The notes under the pieces are model-generated. The model was not told the DNA's origin, searched no databases, and was given only the letters and a program-made list of their open reading frames with translations. A program made the translations under genes and the position numbers. Shown piece by piece: positions 17,736 to 24,644 of a DNA stretch of 35,399 nt. The stretch is from a virus. The stretch lies in IMG/VR virus record IMGVR_UViG_3300017769_000046, positions 1-35,399 of that record. One strand, written 5' to 3'. How positions within the stretch are numbered: position 1 is the first letter of the stretch; each line of letters starts with the position of its first letter.

Positions 17736-17851
17736 CTTTTAGAGAATTGTAGGGCTATCGCAACCGCCTGTTGTCTGTCGTAGCCCTCGTTAATAAGTTT
17801 TCTTACGTTTTCAGAAATGACCTTTTTAGATATGCCCTTTTTGAGTGGCAT
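17732..17851 (-). CDS. small conserved basic protein (39 aa), not in the ORF track
   Basis: Hand translation: MPLKKGISKKVISENVRKLINEGYDRQQAVAIALQFSKR. The ATG sits 1 nt after the upstream stop (TAGTATG) and its TGA overlaps the portal ATG (ATGA). The ...QAVAIAL... pattern recalls a widespread small phage/bacterial protein family. Confidence 0.6.
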   Translation of the reverse strand: MPLKKGISKKVISENVRKLINEGYDRQQAVAIALQFSKR

Positions 17852-17852
17852 A

Positions 17853-18128
17853 CTACTTCAGTAAATCCATTAATACATTCACTAATGTACCCGACCCTAA
17901 GCCAGCGCCAGTAGCCCAAGCTACTATTTTTTGCTTGAACTTTACAAGTTCTTCAATTTGTTTCTCGTTATTCTCAACTTTATAGACGAGACCTTCCTTA
18001 TTAAATTCGTTACCTAACAATGCTTCTTTCATATCCTGAATATCTTTAGTTATCAATTCAATAACTGAATGTAACTGTTTTACTTCAAACTTTAAATCTT
18101 TATTAAGCTGCTCTTGCGATATAGCCAT
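17853..18128 (-). CDS. hypothetical protein: coiled coil plus C-terminal hydrophobic segment
   Basis: 91 aa with C-terminal IVAWATGAGLGSGTLVNVLMDLL. Confidence 0.5.
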   Translation of the reverse strand: MAISQEQLNKDLKFEVKQLHSVIELITKDIQDMKEALLGNEFNKEGLVYKVENNEKQIEELVKFKQKIVAWATGAGLGSGTLVNVLMDLLK

Positions 18129-18135
18129 TATTTAG

Positions 18136-18411
18136 TTACCATTTTTTACACGACCAATATCTTGCCGTAAATTTATCTTTAGCTGTTGAACAACGATGTC
18201 TCGCTCTAAAAGACTTTCTACGAGCTGGCTCATTTTTACGTATGGGCATATTTGGATCGCCATAATGGATAACCTTAACTTGGTTACCTTTCTTTGCTAA
18301 AACTACAAATTTTTTGGTGTCCCTCCAACTACTTCGAGGCTTGTTGAATCCTGAGTAGGTATGACCCCTGTATTCAATGCGACCACCGCTAAGTCTTTTA
18401 ACATCTTTCAT
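18136..18411 (-). CDS. small highly basic conserved protein
   Basis: The track starts at a TTG (18447); the first ATG gives MKDVKRLSGGRIEYRGHTYSGFNKPRSSWRDTKKFVVLAKKGNQVKVIHYGD...RRKSFRARHRC...ARYWSCKKW. K/R-rich. Confidence 0.6.
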   Translation of the reverse strand: MKDVKRLSGGRIEYRGHTYSGFNKPRSSWRDTKKFVVLAKKGNQVKVIHYGDPNMPIRKNEPARRKSFRARHRCSTAKDKFTARYWSCKKW

Positions 18412-18498
18412 GGTGACAAAATAGTTACTATTTATGTTTTGATTCAATACTAAATTAAAGTATTGATTTGTAGTGATATTTTCTTTTACTTTTCACCT

Positions 18499-18885
18499 AT
18501 GGCAAAAAACGAACCATCAAAACCAGCCCTATACAGTCGAGTTAAGTCTGAGGCTAAACGCAAGTTTAAGATATTCCCTAGCGCCTACGCTTCTGCGTGG
18601 ATTGTCAAGGAATACAAAAAACGAGGTGGCACATACACAGGAACAAAGTCTTCCAAAAGAGGCGTGGCTCGATGGATGCGTGAAAAATGGACTACCCAAG
18701 ATGGATCACCTTGTGGGTCAGCCAAGTTCAAGGGCGTAAAAAAATGTCGACCTACTGTTCGTATTAGCAAGGAAACACCTGTTACTTGGAAAGAACTCAA
18801 GGCAAAAGGCAAGGCTTCTGAGGCTGTACGTGAGAAAAAGCGTGTAGGAATGGGTAAACGCACCAAAGCCATCAAAAGAGACTAA
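18499..18885 (+). CDS. small highly basic conserved protein (PSAYASAW...KKRGG motif)
   Basis: MAKNEPSKPALYSRVKSEAKRKFKIFPSAYASAWIVKEYKKRGGTY... This is the only plus-strand gene inside the late module, and it is followed by a strong plus-strand terminator. Confidence 0.65.
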   Translation: MAKNEPSKPALYSRVKSEAKRKFKIFPSAYASAWIVKEYKKRGGTYTGTKSSKRGVARWMREKWTTQDGSPCGSAKFKGVKKCRPTVRISKETPVTWKELKAKGKASEAVREKKRVGMGKRTKAIKRD

Positions 18886-18970
18886 AAAAGGTATTGTTTT
18901 TAAATAACTATGCTTTTAACTTATATTTGTTGACATGCTTTGGCTTGAGAACCTTAGCTTGTAAGAATTT

Positions 18971-19004
18971 AAAGCCTGTTTGTTAACTCAAATGGGCTTT
19001 TTTT
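18971..19004 (+). terminator. rho-independent terminator
   Basis: aaagcctgtttg / caaatgggcttt forms a 12-bp stem (two G.U pairs) with loop ttaact, followed by a T run up to 19004. It abuts the stop (19003) of the convergent terminase nuclease ORF. Confidence 0.75.
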
Positions 19005-19788
19005 ATCTAAGTACGTACATTGGGGTGTTACTACCTTTTTCATTACGCCAAATCGCATAATCTGTTGCATCCGACATATGTCCCCTGTCACCATTGTCTA
19101 TTTTTAGCCCTTTATCGTTCACGATAGAGTACATATAGTCTTTTACAACGTATTCGCACCTCGTGTTGACTAATAAACGTCTTTCGCCATTGAGTCCAGC
19201 GTAAATTACGTTGTTCACCTTGTCCACACGCACCTTTCTTCGTGGATTTTGGATGTCCAACTCGTTTTTATACAAAATATCGTTTTGTTCAAACACCTCT
19301 CGCACATAATCCCAGTCATTTTTGCCTACACGACCATAATTACCACTTTTTTGGTTGGATGTGTTGTCTCCAGCTAATAAAACCTTTGAAATACCCCATT
19401 TATTCAGTAATTCTACCGCCTTCAAGGCTTGCTCAGTAGTCAATGCCTCTTTGGAGAAGATTTCATCGAAAATAATGTACTGCTTAAGACCATTACGAGC
19501 CTTTTTAACTTGGAGCAAAGCCCAACAATGAGGAGACCTGTTGAAATCAGCACAAAGCCAGACAGGACTACCGCTATCGTAGTCAAGAGCCGTAAGATTA
19601 CCATCAGGGTAGTGATTGTATCCATCAAAGTGTTTATAAGCCTTCTTCGTAGGGTCATCTGTTTCCTCACTCATTTCGTACCCAAGCTTATACGACAGAA
19701 AGTCCATCGCTTCCTCTTGGAGTAGCCGTTGTTTACTGTGATTGGTTTCCCACAAGGGAATGTCCCATGTCTTGTCGGGTTCTCTCAT
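19003..19788 (-). CDS. terL: terminase large subunit, C-terminal nuclease half (separate ORF)
   Basis: 261 aa with acidic-residue blocks typical of the RNase-H-like terminase nuclease: VWLCADFNRSPHCWALL, LLAGDNTSNQKS, HMSDATDYAIW. Its ATG overlaps the upstream stop (ATGA). Its frame is open for only 5 codons upstream. Confidence 0.75.
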   Translation of the reverse strand: MREPDKTWDIPLWETNHSKQRLLQEEAMDFLSYKLGYEMSEETDDPTKKAYKHFDGYNHYPDGNLTALDYDSGSPVWLCADFNRSPHCWALLQVKKARNGLKQYIIFDEIFSKEALTTEQALKAVELLNKWGISKVLLAGDNTSNQKSGNYGRVGKNDWDYVREVFEQNDILYKNELDIQNPRRKVRVDKVNNVIYAGLNGERRLLVNTRCEYVVKDYMYSIVNDKGLKIDNGDRGHMSDATDYAIWRNEKGSNTPMYVLR

Positions 19789-20132
19789 GTAAAAAGTATA
19801 GATTTAAAGGCACTTTCTGCGTCAACAAAAAAGATGGGGACACCCATTTCGGCACCCTCCTCTACTATAGATAATGCACCTGATCGGTGTTCGTGTAATG
19901 TTCTAAGGTCGTAAGTGAGTATGCCCCATCTGTTCTTTATGCAATCATCAAGTAAAGGGTTTAGCTTTTTAGAATAAGAACCAGTCTGAATTATTTCCCA
20001 ACACTGCTTTATTACTTTAGCATCAATCATTTCTATAAAGGAGTTTATATCGTCCTTCATAGTATCTACTTCAGACTGCTCAATATCTGTGCTAAATCTA
20101 GCGTATATGACTACTTTAGGTTGTTCCATCAT
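19785..20132 (-). CDS. serine-recombinase (resolvase) catalytic-domain-like protein without a DNA-binding domain
   Basis: 115 aa. VVIYARFSTDIEQ resembles the resolvase YARVST..Q active-site strand. ...TGSYSKKLNPLLDDC... and GILTYDLRTLHEHRSGALSIVEEGAEMGVPIFFVD parallel SG...RP.L..L and D.vlv..LDRL.R......l...gv.i by eye. Confidence 0.5.
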   Translation of the reverse strand: MMEQPKVVIYARFSTDIEQSEVDTMKDDINSFIEMIDAKVIKQCWEIIQTGSYSKKLNPLLDDCIKNRWGILTYDLRTLHEHRSGALSIVEEGAEMGVPIFFVDAESAFKSILFT

Positions 20133-20622
20133 ATTTTACCATGTTTCTAAGTTCTTTAGCTAGTACTCTTGGTATATCATACCATTCACCCTTATGATGA
20201 TTATTCTTTATTATTTTATGAATTTGTTTTTCATGCTTGTATATGTGGTTGCTTTTAACAGACCAAATTAATGTTATATCAAAAGGATTACCTGTCTTCA
20301 TTTTAGATATTCTTCTTTTCATAAGACCAGAAGTTACCCCAAACTTATAATAACCCTGACACTCTACGCAATACACGATTCCTTTTTTAACATCACAAAA
20401 TTCTTTAAAGTTTTCTAAATCCTCTTTGGTGATTATCTCACTCTTATTAGAAATCAATATCTCACAAGCCCTGATAAAATTTTTACGCCACCTTCTTTTA
20501 GTATTGCCATGCATATATTTTGTTATAGAATCATTTAAATCAATAAGATCATAACCCTTTGGTCTAAGATTTTTTATAAGACTAAGACATATGCCAACAT
20601 TAATAGATATATTTTTTTCCAT
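20116..20622 (-). CDS. T5orf172 / GIY-YIG-superfamily domain protein (free-standing homing-endonuclease-like)
   Basis: GIVYCVECQGYYKFGVTSGLMKRRISKMKTGNPFDITLIWSVKSNHIYKHEKQIHKIIKNNHHKGEWYDI matches the YKIG.T...  R...  tg.P......E..lH......GEWF pattern. It is markedly more AT-rich than the flanking terminase ORFs. Confidence 0.7.
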   Translation of the reverse strand: MEKNISINVGICLSLIKNLRPKGYDLIDLNDSITKYMHGNTKRRWRKNFIRACEILISNKSEIITKEDLENFKEFCDVKKGIVYCVECQGYYKFGVTSGLMKRRISKMKTGNPFDITLIWSVKSNHIYKHEKQIHKIIKNNHHKGEWYDIPRVLAKELRNMVKYDGTT

Positions 20623-20633
20623 TACAAACTAAA

Positions 20634-21437
20634 TTATTTCAAATTGTTCCATTCTTCTACTTTGTAGCCTGTTTTATCTTCCTTTACCGATATTTGCAGT
20701 ACGTTAAAGATGCCCGACTTCATTAGCCGACTATTAGCATCATTCGGATGATAGGGCGTACAAACGCTTAAAACAATACCTTTATCGTGAACACGCTTGA
20801 TCCATGTATTCGACACCTTGTTCCACACCGTTTCCCTGCGAGCCGTAGATATTCTATCTTCATCATTGCACACATCATCAAGGATCAAGACACCAGCTCG
20901 CTGTCCTGTGGTTTGGGTCAGTACTGCATATGCTTCATAGGTAGGGTTACCTGTTCGGTTACGGCTCTTCACAATGATGCGCTGCGTTGAGCCTGTATCT
21001 GTCCTATCAAATTCAACAGGGCTAAAGTTATGTTCCCTGCACCAGTATCGGTACATATCACTCATGAACAACGCACGTAGCGATAATATCCTCTTAGCAG
21101 AGATGCCCCCATCAGCCGACACAATCAACGTTTCTAGTTCGTGCTTTCGAGTGGTCATGTAGGCAGACAAACCAATAGGCACTTGTTGAGACTTACCAGT
21201 GTTATAAGGCGCCCTAATTAGACCATTCAGACGAGCACTTTTAGACAAGGCTTCTTGCTCCCAGTCATAAACCCCTTTCTGCATAGCGAGGTGTATTTGG
21301 GCTTGGGTCACTTTACGACCATCTTGATCGGCTAAACAGTTCTCAATAAATGAGTTCCTGAGGTCTAATGAGTCAGGGGGTGGATCATGTCCAACCACAT
21401 TAACCAATAAATCAGACCAATTAGCTTTTTGGGGCAT
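20634..21437 (-). CDS. terL: terminase large subunit, N-terminal ATPase half (separate ORF)
   Basis: 267 aa. Walker-A-like RAPYNTGKSQ, Walker-B-like GVLILDDV and a coupling-type motif SVCTPYHP. It ends with a stop 12 nt before the inserted ORF. Confidence 0.75.
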   Translation of the reverse strand: MPQKANWSDLLVNVVGHDPPPDSLDLRNSFIENCLADQDGRKVTQAQIHLAMQKGVYDWEQEALSKSARLNGLIRAPYNTGKSQQVPIGLSAYMTTRKHELETLIVSADGGISAKRILSLRALFMSDMYRYWCREHNFSPVEFDRTDTGSTQRIIVKSRNRTGNPTYEAYAVLTQTTGQRAGVLILDDVCNDEDRISTARRETVWNKVSNTWIKRVHDKGIVLSVCTPYHPNDANSRLMKSGIFNVLQISVKEDKTGYKVEEWNNLK

Positions 21438-21558
21438 ACGTTATCTTACAAAATTTACATTGCTTCTCACACTTCCTTTTACCAGAAATCACGCCCAAAC
21501 ACTTAAAAGGTTCTTTCTTTCTCCAAAGCCTAGCAAGGAAGTTCAGGTTAAACTTCAT
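21421..21558 (-). CDS. small Cys-rich ORF (45 aa), not in the track
   Basis: Hand translation: MKFNLNFLARLWRKKEPFKCLGVISGKRKCEKQCKFCKITYAPKS. It fills the 110-nt gap, with its ATG overlapping the upstream stop region and its stop overlapping the terL start. Confidence 0.35.
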   Translation of the reverse strand: MKFNLNFLARLWRKKEPFKCLGVISGKRKCEKQCKFCKITYAPKS

Positions 21559-22054
21559 AGGTATATGCCTTCTCCTTGAGCTCCATCAAGTCCTCCTTCG
21601 GTATATATACAAAGATATCCTTTCTATTGTTTCTACCCATTAGCGTATAAGCAATGGTACTGAAACCATATTTTTTATGGAGGCTATTGCCTCGTAACAC
21701 GCCTTTCTTATTGTTTATCTTGGGAATCATCTTTTTCTGTACGTATCCATACAGAGCCTTATTGTCCACGACCACAAACTCTCCATGAAACTGAAAGGCT
21801 ATTTTATCTGCACCATGGGGGCTACACCATCCAGACTTACCCTGAACGTTCCTAAACTCTATTAGGATATACCCCTTACTGTGGCACCCCTTAATGCCCT
21901 TGACATCATAGGTCACATCCCCAATACGAGCGTCAATGTGATTGTAGTCATCTTGCTTCGTGCCTTTTACGGCTCCTGTAATCTTGCAGAATAACTCTTC
22001 CGACTTCTGAGCCTCAGCGTACTGTCTTTTTTGTATTGCTTTAAATGAGTTCAT
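21548..22054 (-). CDS. PD-(D/E)XK-like nuclease-fold protein (putative)
   Basis: 168 aa. HIDARIGDVTYDVKGIKG...GYILIEF...GWC...ADKIAF has the shape of a D...(D/E)xK core. It lies between the small- and large-terminase genes. Confidence 0.4.
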   Translation of the reverse strand: MNSFKAIQKRQYAEAQKSEELFCKITGAVKGTKQDDYNHIDARIGDVTYDVKGIKGCHSKGYILIEFRNVQGKSGWCSPHGADKIAFQFHGEFVVVDNKALYGYVQKKMIPKINNKKGVLRGNSLHKKYGFSTIAYTLMGRNNRKDIFVYIPKEDLMELKEKAYTYEV

Positions 22055-22622
22055 AGTCTACCTCTATCGCCTCCATTCTTTGTGCAAACTCCTTCAGTTG
22101 ATCCATGTTTAGGAAGTCCTGAAGAACCTGCAACGTTTGTTCTCGCACCTTGTTTTTATACTCTATGATAATCGTTGGTTCATTACTCAACTCTTTACGA
22201 ACGTCATGTAAGTCTTTCATGATTTTACTCAAGTCCTTTGGGTGAATCGCATCCAAGTCTGGGTGATTCTCAAGCAGCGTAGTAATCTTTATCAGCATAA
22301 ACTCAACCTTAGCCGACATCTTCTCTTTTCGCTCCTCTAGCGTCCCAATGAACTGAAGAGTGTTACGGTACTGCTCAAGGTCTTTTAAGAGTTCTGGGTC
22401 AAATTTTGAGCGCTGCACGACATCCTTTGCTTGCTCACGTATCTTTATCTCTTCATCAAGGTTTGATCGTTGGTTTTTCCAATTGTAAATGGTTTGCCTT
22501 GACACACCCCATTTATCAGCCACTTTTGACACGTTACCCATCACCTTTATTTCCCTAAGGATGGCTACTTTCTCTTCAGGACTAAATTCGTTATTTCCAA
22601 CCTCTTTTTTTGACATACTCAA
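22041..22622 (-). CDS. small terminase-like protein: N-terminal HTH plus coiled coil (putative)
   Basis: 193 aa. HTH: VSKVADKWGVSRQTIYNWKNQ. It sits at the head of the packaging module. Confidence 0.5.
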   Translation of the reverse strand: MSMSKKEVGNNEFSPEEKVAILREIKVMGNVSKVADKWGVSRQTIYNWKNQRSNLDEEIKIREQAKDVVQRSKFDPELLKDLEQYRNTLQFIGTLEERKEKMSAKVEFMLIKITTLLENHPDLDAIHPKDLSKIMKDLHDVRKELSNEPTIIIEYKNKVREQTLQVLQDFLNMDQLKEFAQRMEAIEVDYELI

Positions 22623-22764
22623 CTACTGATTCTATGCGATTAAATATATAATTAGGCAACTTATCAGACATAGAGGGGATCTCATAAAGACTCATTATGA
22701 TAATCTTTATCTCCTCCGCTAACTCTTCCTTGGTTAATATGTTTTTCTTTTTATGCCAACCCAT
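22591..22764 (-). CDS. hypothetical protein, first gene of the late operon
   Basis: The track starts at a TTG (22773); the first ATG gives MGWHKKKNILTKEELAEEIK... Confidence 0.4.
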   Translation of the reverse strand: MGWHKKKNILTKEELAEEIKIIIMSLYEIPSMSDKLPNYIFNRIESVVEYVKKRGWK

Positions 22765-22922
22765 TTTACACAAACTTAATAAAATTGACAGACATTACTT
22801 ATAAATGGCGAGAATAGCAAATATTGACACTTTTTCATGGATTTTTGCTTTTCGCGAAAGGGAGGGTATTTAGCCCGTAGGCAAGTATATTTTAATATAT
22901 AAGCCCCTGTATAATATAATTT

Positions 22923-22965
22923 TCTAGTTCTATTATATAATATAAGAATCTAGTTTTATTATATA
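22923..22965. repeat. 17-bp direct repeat pair TCTAGTT(C/T)TATTATATA upstream of the late operon
   Basis: Copies at 22923-22939 and 22949-22965 with 1 mismatch, spaced 26 bp start to start, in the intergenic region. Confidence 0.7.
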
Positions 22966-22981
22966 GCTTTAAAGTATAGAC

Positions 22982-23015
22982 AAAAAAATAGCCCTGCATA
23001 TAATGCAAGGCTATA
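22982..23015 (-). terminator. rho-independent terminator closing the AT-rich cassette
   Basis: The minus strand reads ATAGCCTTGCAT-tat-ATGCAGGGCTAT (12-bp stem, one G.U pair) followed by TTTTTTT. Confidence 0.8.
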
Positions 23016-23043
23016 GGTTTAAAGTATATTTTAATTATATATT

Positions 23044-23337
23044 TTAATTGTCAAGTTTTACATAATCTGAAAGATCTAATCCAACATTATTTTGTTTTAT
23101 ATCCACACCTAAAAGTTGATTTATAGCTTCACTTATAAGAAAAAATTCGCGACTGTTAATCTTATTTTTAAGTTTATTATATGACATATTTTTTAAGTCA
23201 GATATACGATTTTCTGAAATACCTTTTTTATCTTTATCTATATTTTTACTTTTAGCAGATATAGATGTAGCTGTAATTAAACGTATATTAGTTTTTTCAC
23301 ATCTAAAATTGAGATAATATTCTATAAAATTTTTCAT
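23044..23337 (-). CDS. hypothetical protein, possible XRE-like HTH
   Basis: 97 aa, extremely AT-rich codons. GISENRISDLKN...LISEAINQLLGVD loosely resembles an XRE-type HTH. Confidence 0.45.
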   Translation of the reverse strand: MKNFIEYYLNFRCEKTNIRLITATSISAKSKNIDKDKKGISENRISDLKNMSYNKLKNKINSREFFLISEAINQLLGVDIKQNNVGLDLSDYVKLDN

Positions 23338-24068
23338 GCTGCTAACCTCATATTTTTAGATTTTAGTTTCTTAGCTTTTCTATAATCTTGGCTATATATT
23401 TTATATGGTATTTTATATAAATCTTTTTTAATAATTTTATAGGTATTATCATTTCTCATTACATTCCATAATGAAGCTTGAAATTCATAATAGTTTATAT
23501 CATATTTTTCAATAAAAGGTATAGCAATAATTTTCATAATGGTTTCTAAATCTTCATATACTCCTACATTATTTAATTTAGTTTTCCATATATCATTATT
23601 TTTAAATAAAGCTTTCATTATATGTGTATCTATAGTTATATAATTATTATCTAATAAAAGATTCCTATAAAAACTATATGTTTTTTTAGCTTTATTTCTA
23701 GCTAAGAATATATCTTTACCTTCAAATAATGGTAAAGCTTTTTTCCAATTATCACGTGATTGCCATTTTCTATGTTTATCTAAATCTATTTTTATACCTT
23801 TCTTTACAAGTTTAAGTATACGATAAACTTCATCTACATTTCTAGAGTATTTTGTATTGGATGAAAATACAGAAAACAATTGAGCTGTTTTATCAATATC
23901 TAAGAATTCGTATTCTTTATGTATATCTTTAATTAAATTATTATTATCAATATACCATTGTTTACCGTATTCAATATCTTCTATAGTTAGAAATCCTAAA
24001 GAATGTATAAGATTAGATTTAATTAGTTTTCTATGATTAGGTATAAAAGTTATATATAGTTTTTTCAT
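23334..24068 (-). CDS. hypothetical protein (largest gene of the AT-rich cassette)
   Basis: 244 aa, K/N/I/Y-rich. The blocks GKQWY, FSVFSSNTKYSRNV and KKTYSFYRNLLLDNNYITIDTH recall a conserved phage family of unknown function (WY...S(P/S)...W..N...K..sFY.N...(V/I)TID(R/T)H), from memory only. Confidence 0.55.
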   Translation of the reverse strand: MKKLYITFIPNHRKLIKSNLIHSLGFLTIEDIEYGKQWYIDNNNLIKDIHKEYEFLDIDKTAQLFSVFSSNTKYSRNVDEVYRILKLVKKGIKIDLDKHRKWQSRDNWKKALPLFEGKDIFLARNKAKKTYSFYRNLLLDNNYITIDTHIMKALFKNNDIWKTKLNNVGVYEDLETIMKIIAIPFIEKYDINYYEFQASLWNVMRNDNTYKIIKKDLYKIPYKIYSQDYRKAKKLKSKNMRLAA

Positions 24069-24087
24069 ATTATTGTATATTTTAAGT

Positions 24088-24306
24088 TTATATTTTATAA
24101 GTTAGTAGATATTTAGTATTATTTTCTAAATCGCTTTTCCTAATTATTTCATTTTTACCTATAAGGTAGTATCTATCAAAGTGTGAAATAATTGATTCAC
24201 GAACTGCTATATTATTAATATCATATTTTAAATCGAATGTATTAATAATAAAATCTATTTTAATTTTATCTGTATTTTCCATGTTATTATATATTTGAGT
24301 TTTCAT
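24088..24306 (-). CDS. hypothetical protein
   Basis: 72-aa ORF in the AT-rich cassette, overlapping the upstream ORF by 20 nt. Confidence 0.45.
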   Translation of the reverse strand: MKTQIYNNMENTDKIKIDFIINTFDLKYDINNIAVRESIISHFDRYYLIGKNEIIRKSDLENNTKYLLTYKI

Positions 24307-24535
24307 TAATTAGTTGATAGTATTTTTCATTCGTACTATCAATTATTTCTATACGGTTTAATCTAAACTTTCGTATAGCAAAATTTAGTTCATATAATTC
24401 ATTGCCACATATAGGACAACCTTCAATCCATTTTATATCCGAAAATATATTTTTTTCTGTATCTATCGATATAATATGTTCTTCATCCAAATCTATATTA
24501 CAACTTGGACAATAACTTTGTATTTCATTATACAT
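24287..24535 (-). CDS. zinc-ribbon protein (CxxC...CxxC)
   Basis: 82 aa with YCPSCNIDL ... GCPICGNELY. Confidence 0.5.
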   Translation of the reverse strand: MYNEIQSYCPSCNIDLDEEHIISIDTEKNIFSDIKWIEGCPICGNELYELNFAIRKFRLNRIEIIDSTNEKYYQLINENSNI

Positions 24536-24536
24536 A

Positions 24537-24644
24537 TTATTATCTATTTATAAGATGAATAAAAATATGCATTCCAAAGTATAGAAAGGTAAAACTCATA
24601 AATGTAATAAAACATATATGATATAATCGTTCGAATTTTTTCAT
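24537..24644 (-). CDS. small hydrophobic peptide (35 aa), not in the track
   Basis: Hand translation: MKKFERLYHICFITFMSFTFLYFGMHIFIHLINR. Its TAA lies 1 nt before the next ATG (TAATATG). The upstream 22 nt (ATAAACTAAAATATATAATAAC) closely resemble those before the 23334..24068 gene (TAAACTTAAAATATACAATAAT). Confidence 0.4.

Larger units (their letters stand above)
19785..20622 (-). mobile_element. two-gene insertion splitting the large terminase gene (homing-endonuclease-type cassette)
   Basis: It sits exactly between the ATPase and nuclease domains of terL. The HEG-like ORF and its compositional shift support this. No room is left for a ribozyme core, and it is not in frame as an intein. 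Confidence 0.55.

Noticed and set aside
19785-20132. Resolvase-like ORF as a lysogeny integrase
   Set aside because: It is only 115 aa, with no DNA-binding or large C-terminal domain and no recognisable att-like repeats. It sits inside the terminase gene, so it is not a credible integration module.
19785-20634. Group I intron or intein interrupting terL
   Set aside because: The interval is almost entirely occupied by two ORFs in different frames, each with its own start and translational coupling. The upstream terL half ends in a stop, and the downstream frame is open for only 5 codons before its ATG. An intein would need one continuous frame, and an intron core has no room. RNA-level confirmation is still desirable.
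22784-22829. Two TTGACA hexamers on the plus strand (22785-22790 and 22824-22829) that look like sigma-70 -35 boxes
   Set aside because: No properly spaced -10 element follows: TATAAA is only 9 nt after the first, and nothing resembling TATAAT lies 17 nt after the second. No plus-strand gene lies downstream.
23099-23107. One-mismatch DnaA-box-like 9-mers inside coding regions (ATATCCACA at 23099-23107; TGTGGATGA near 29508)
   Set aside because: One-mismatch matches are expected several times by chance in 35 kb, and these lie within ORFs. Only the two perfect intergenic boxes and the one in the divergent promoter were kept.
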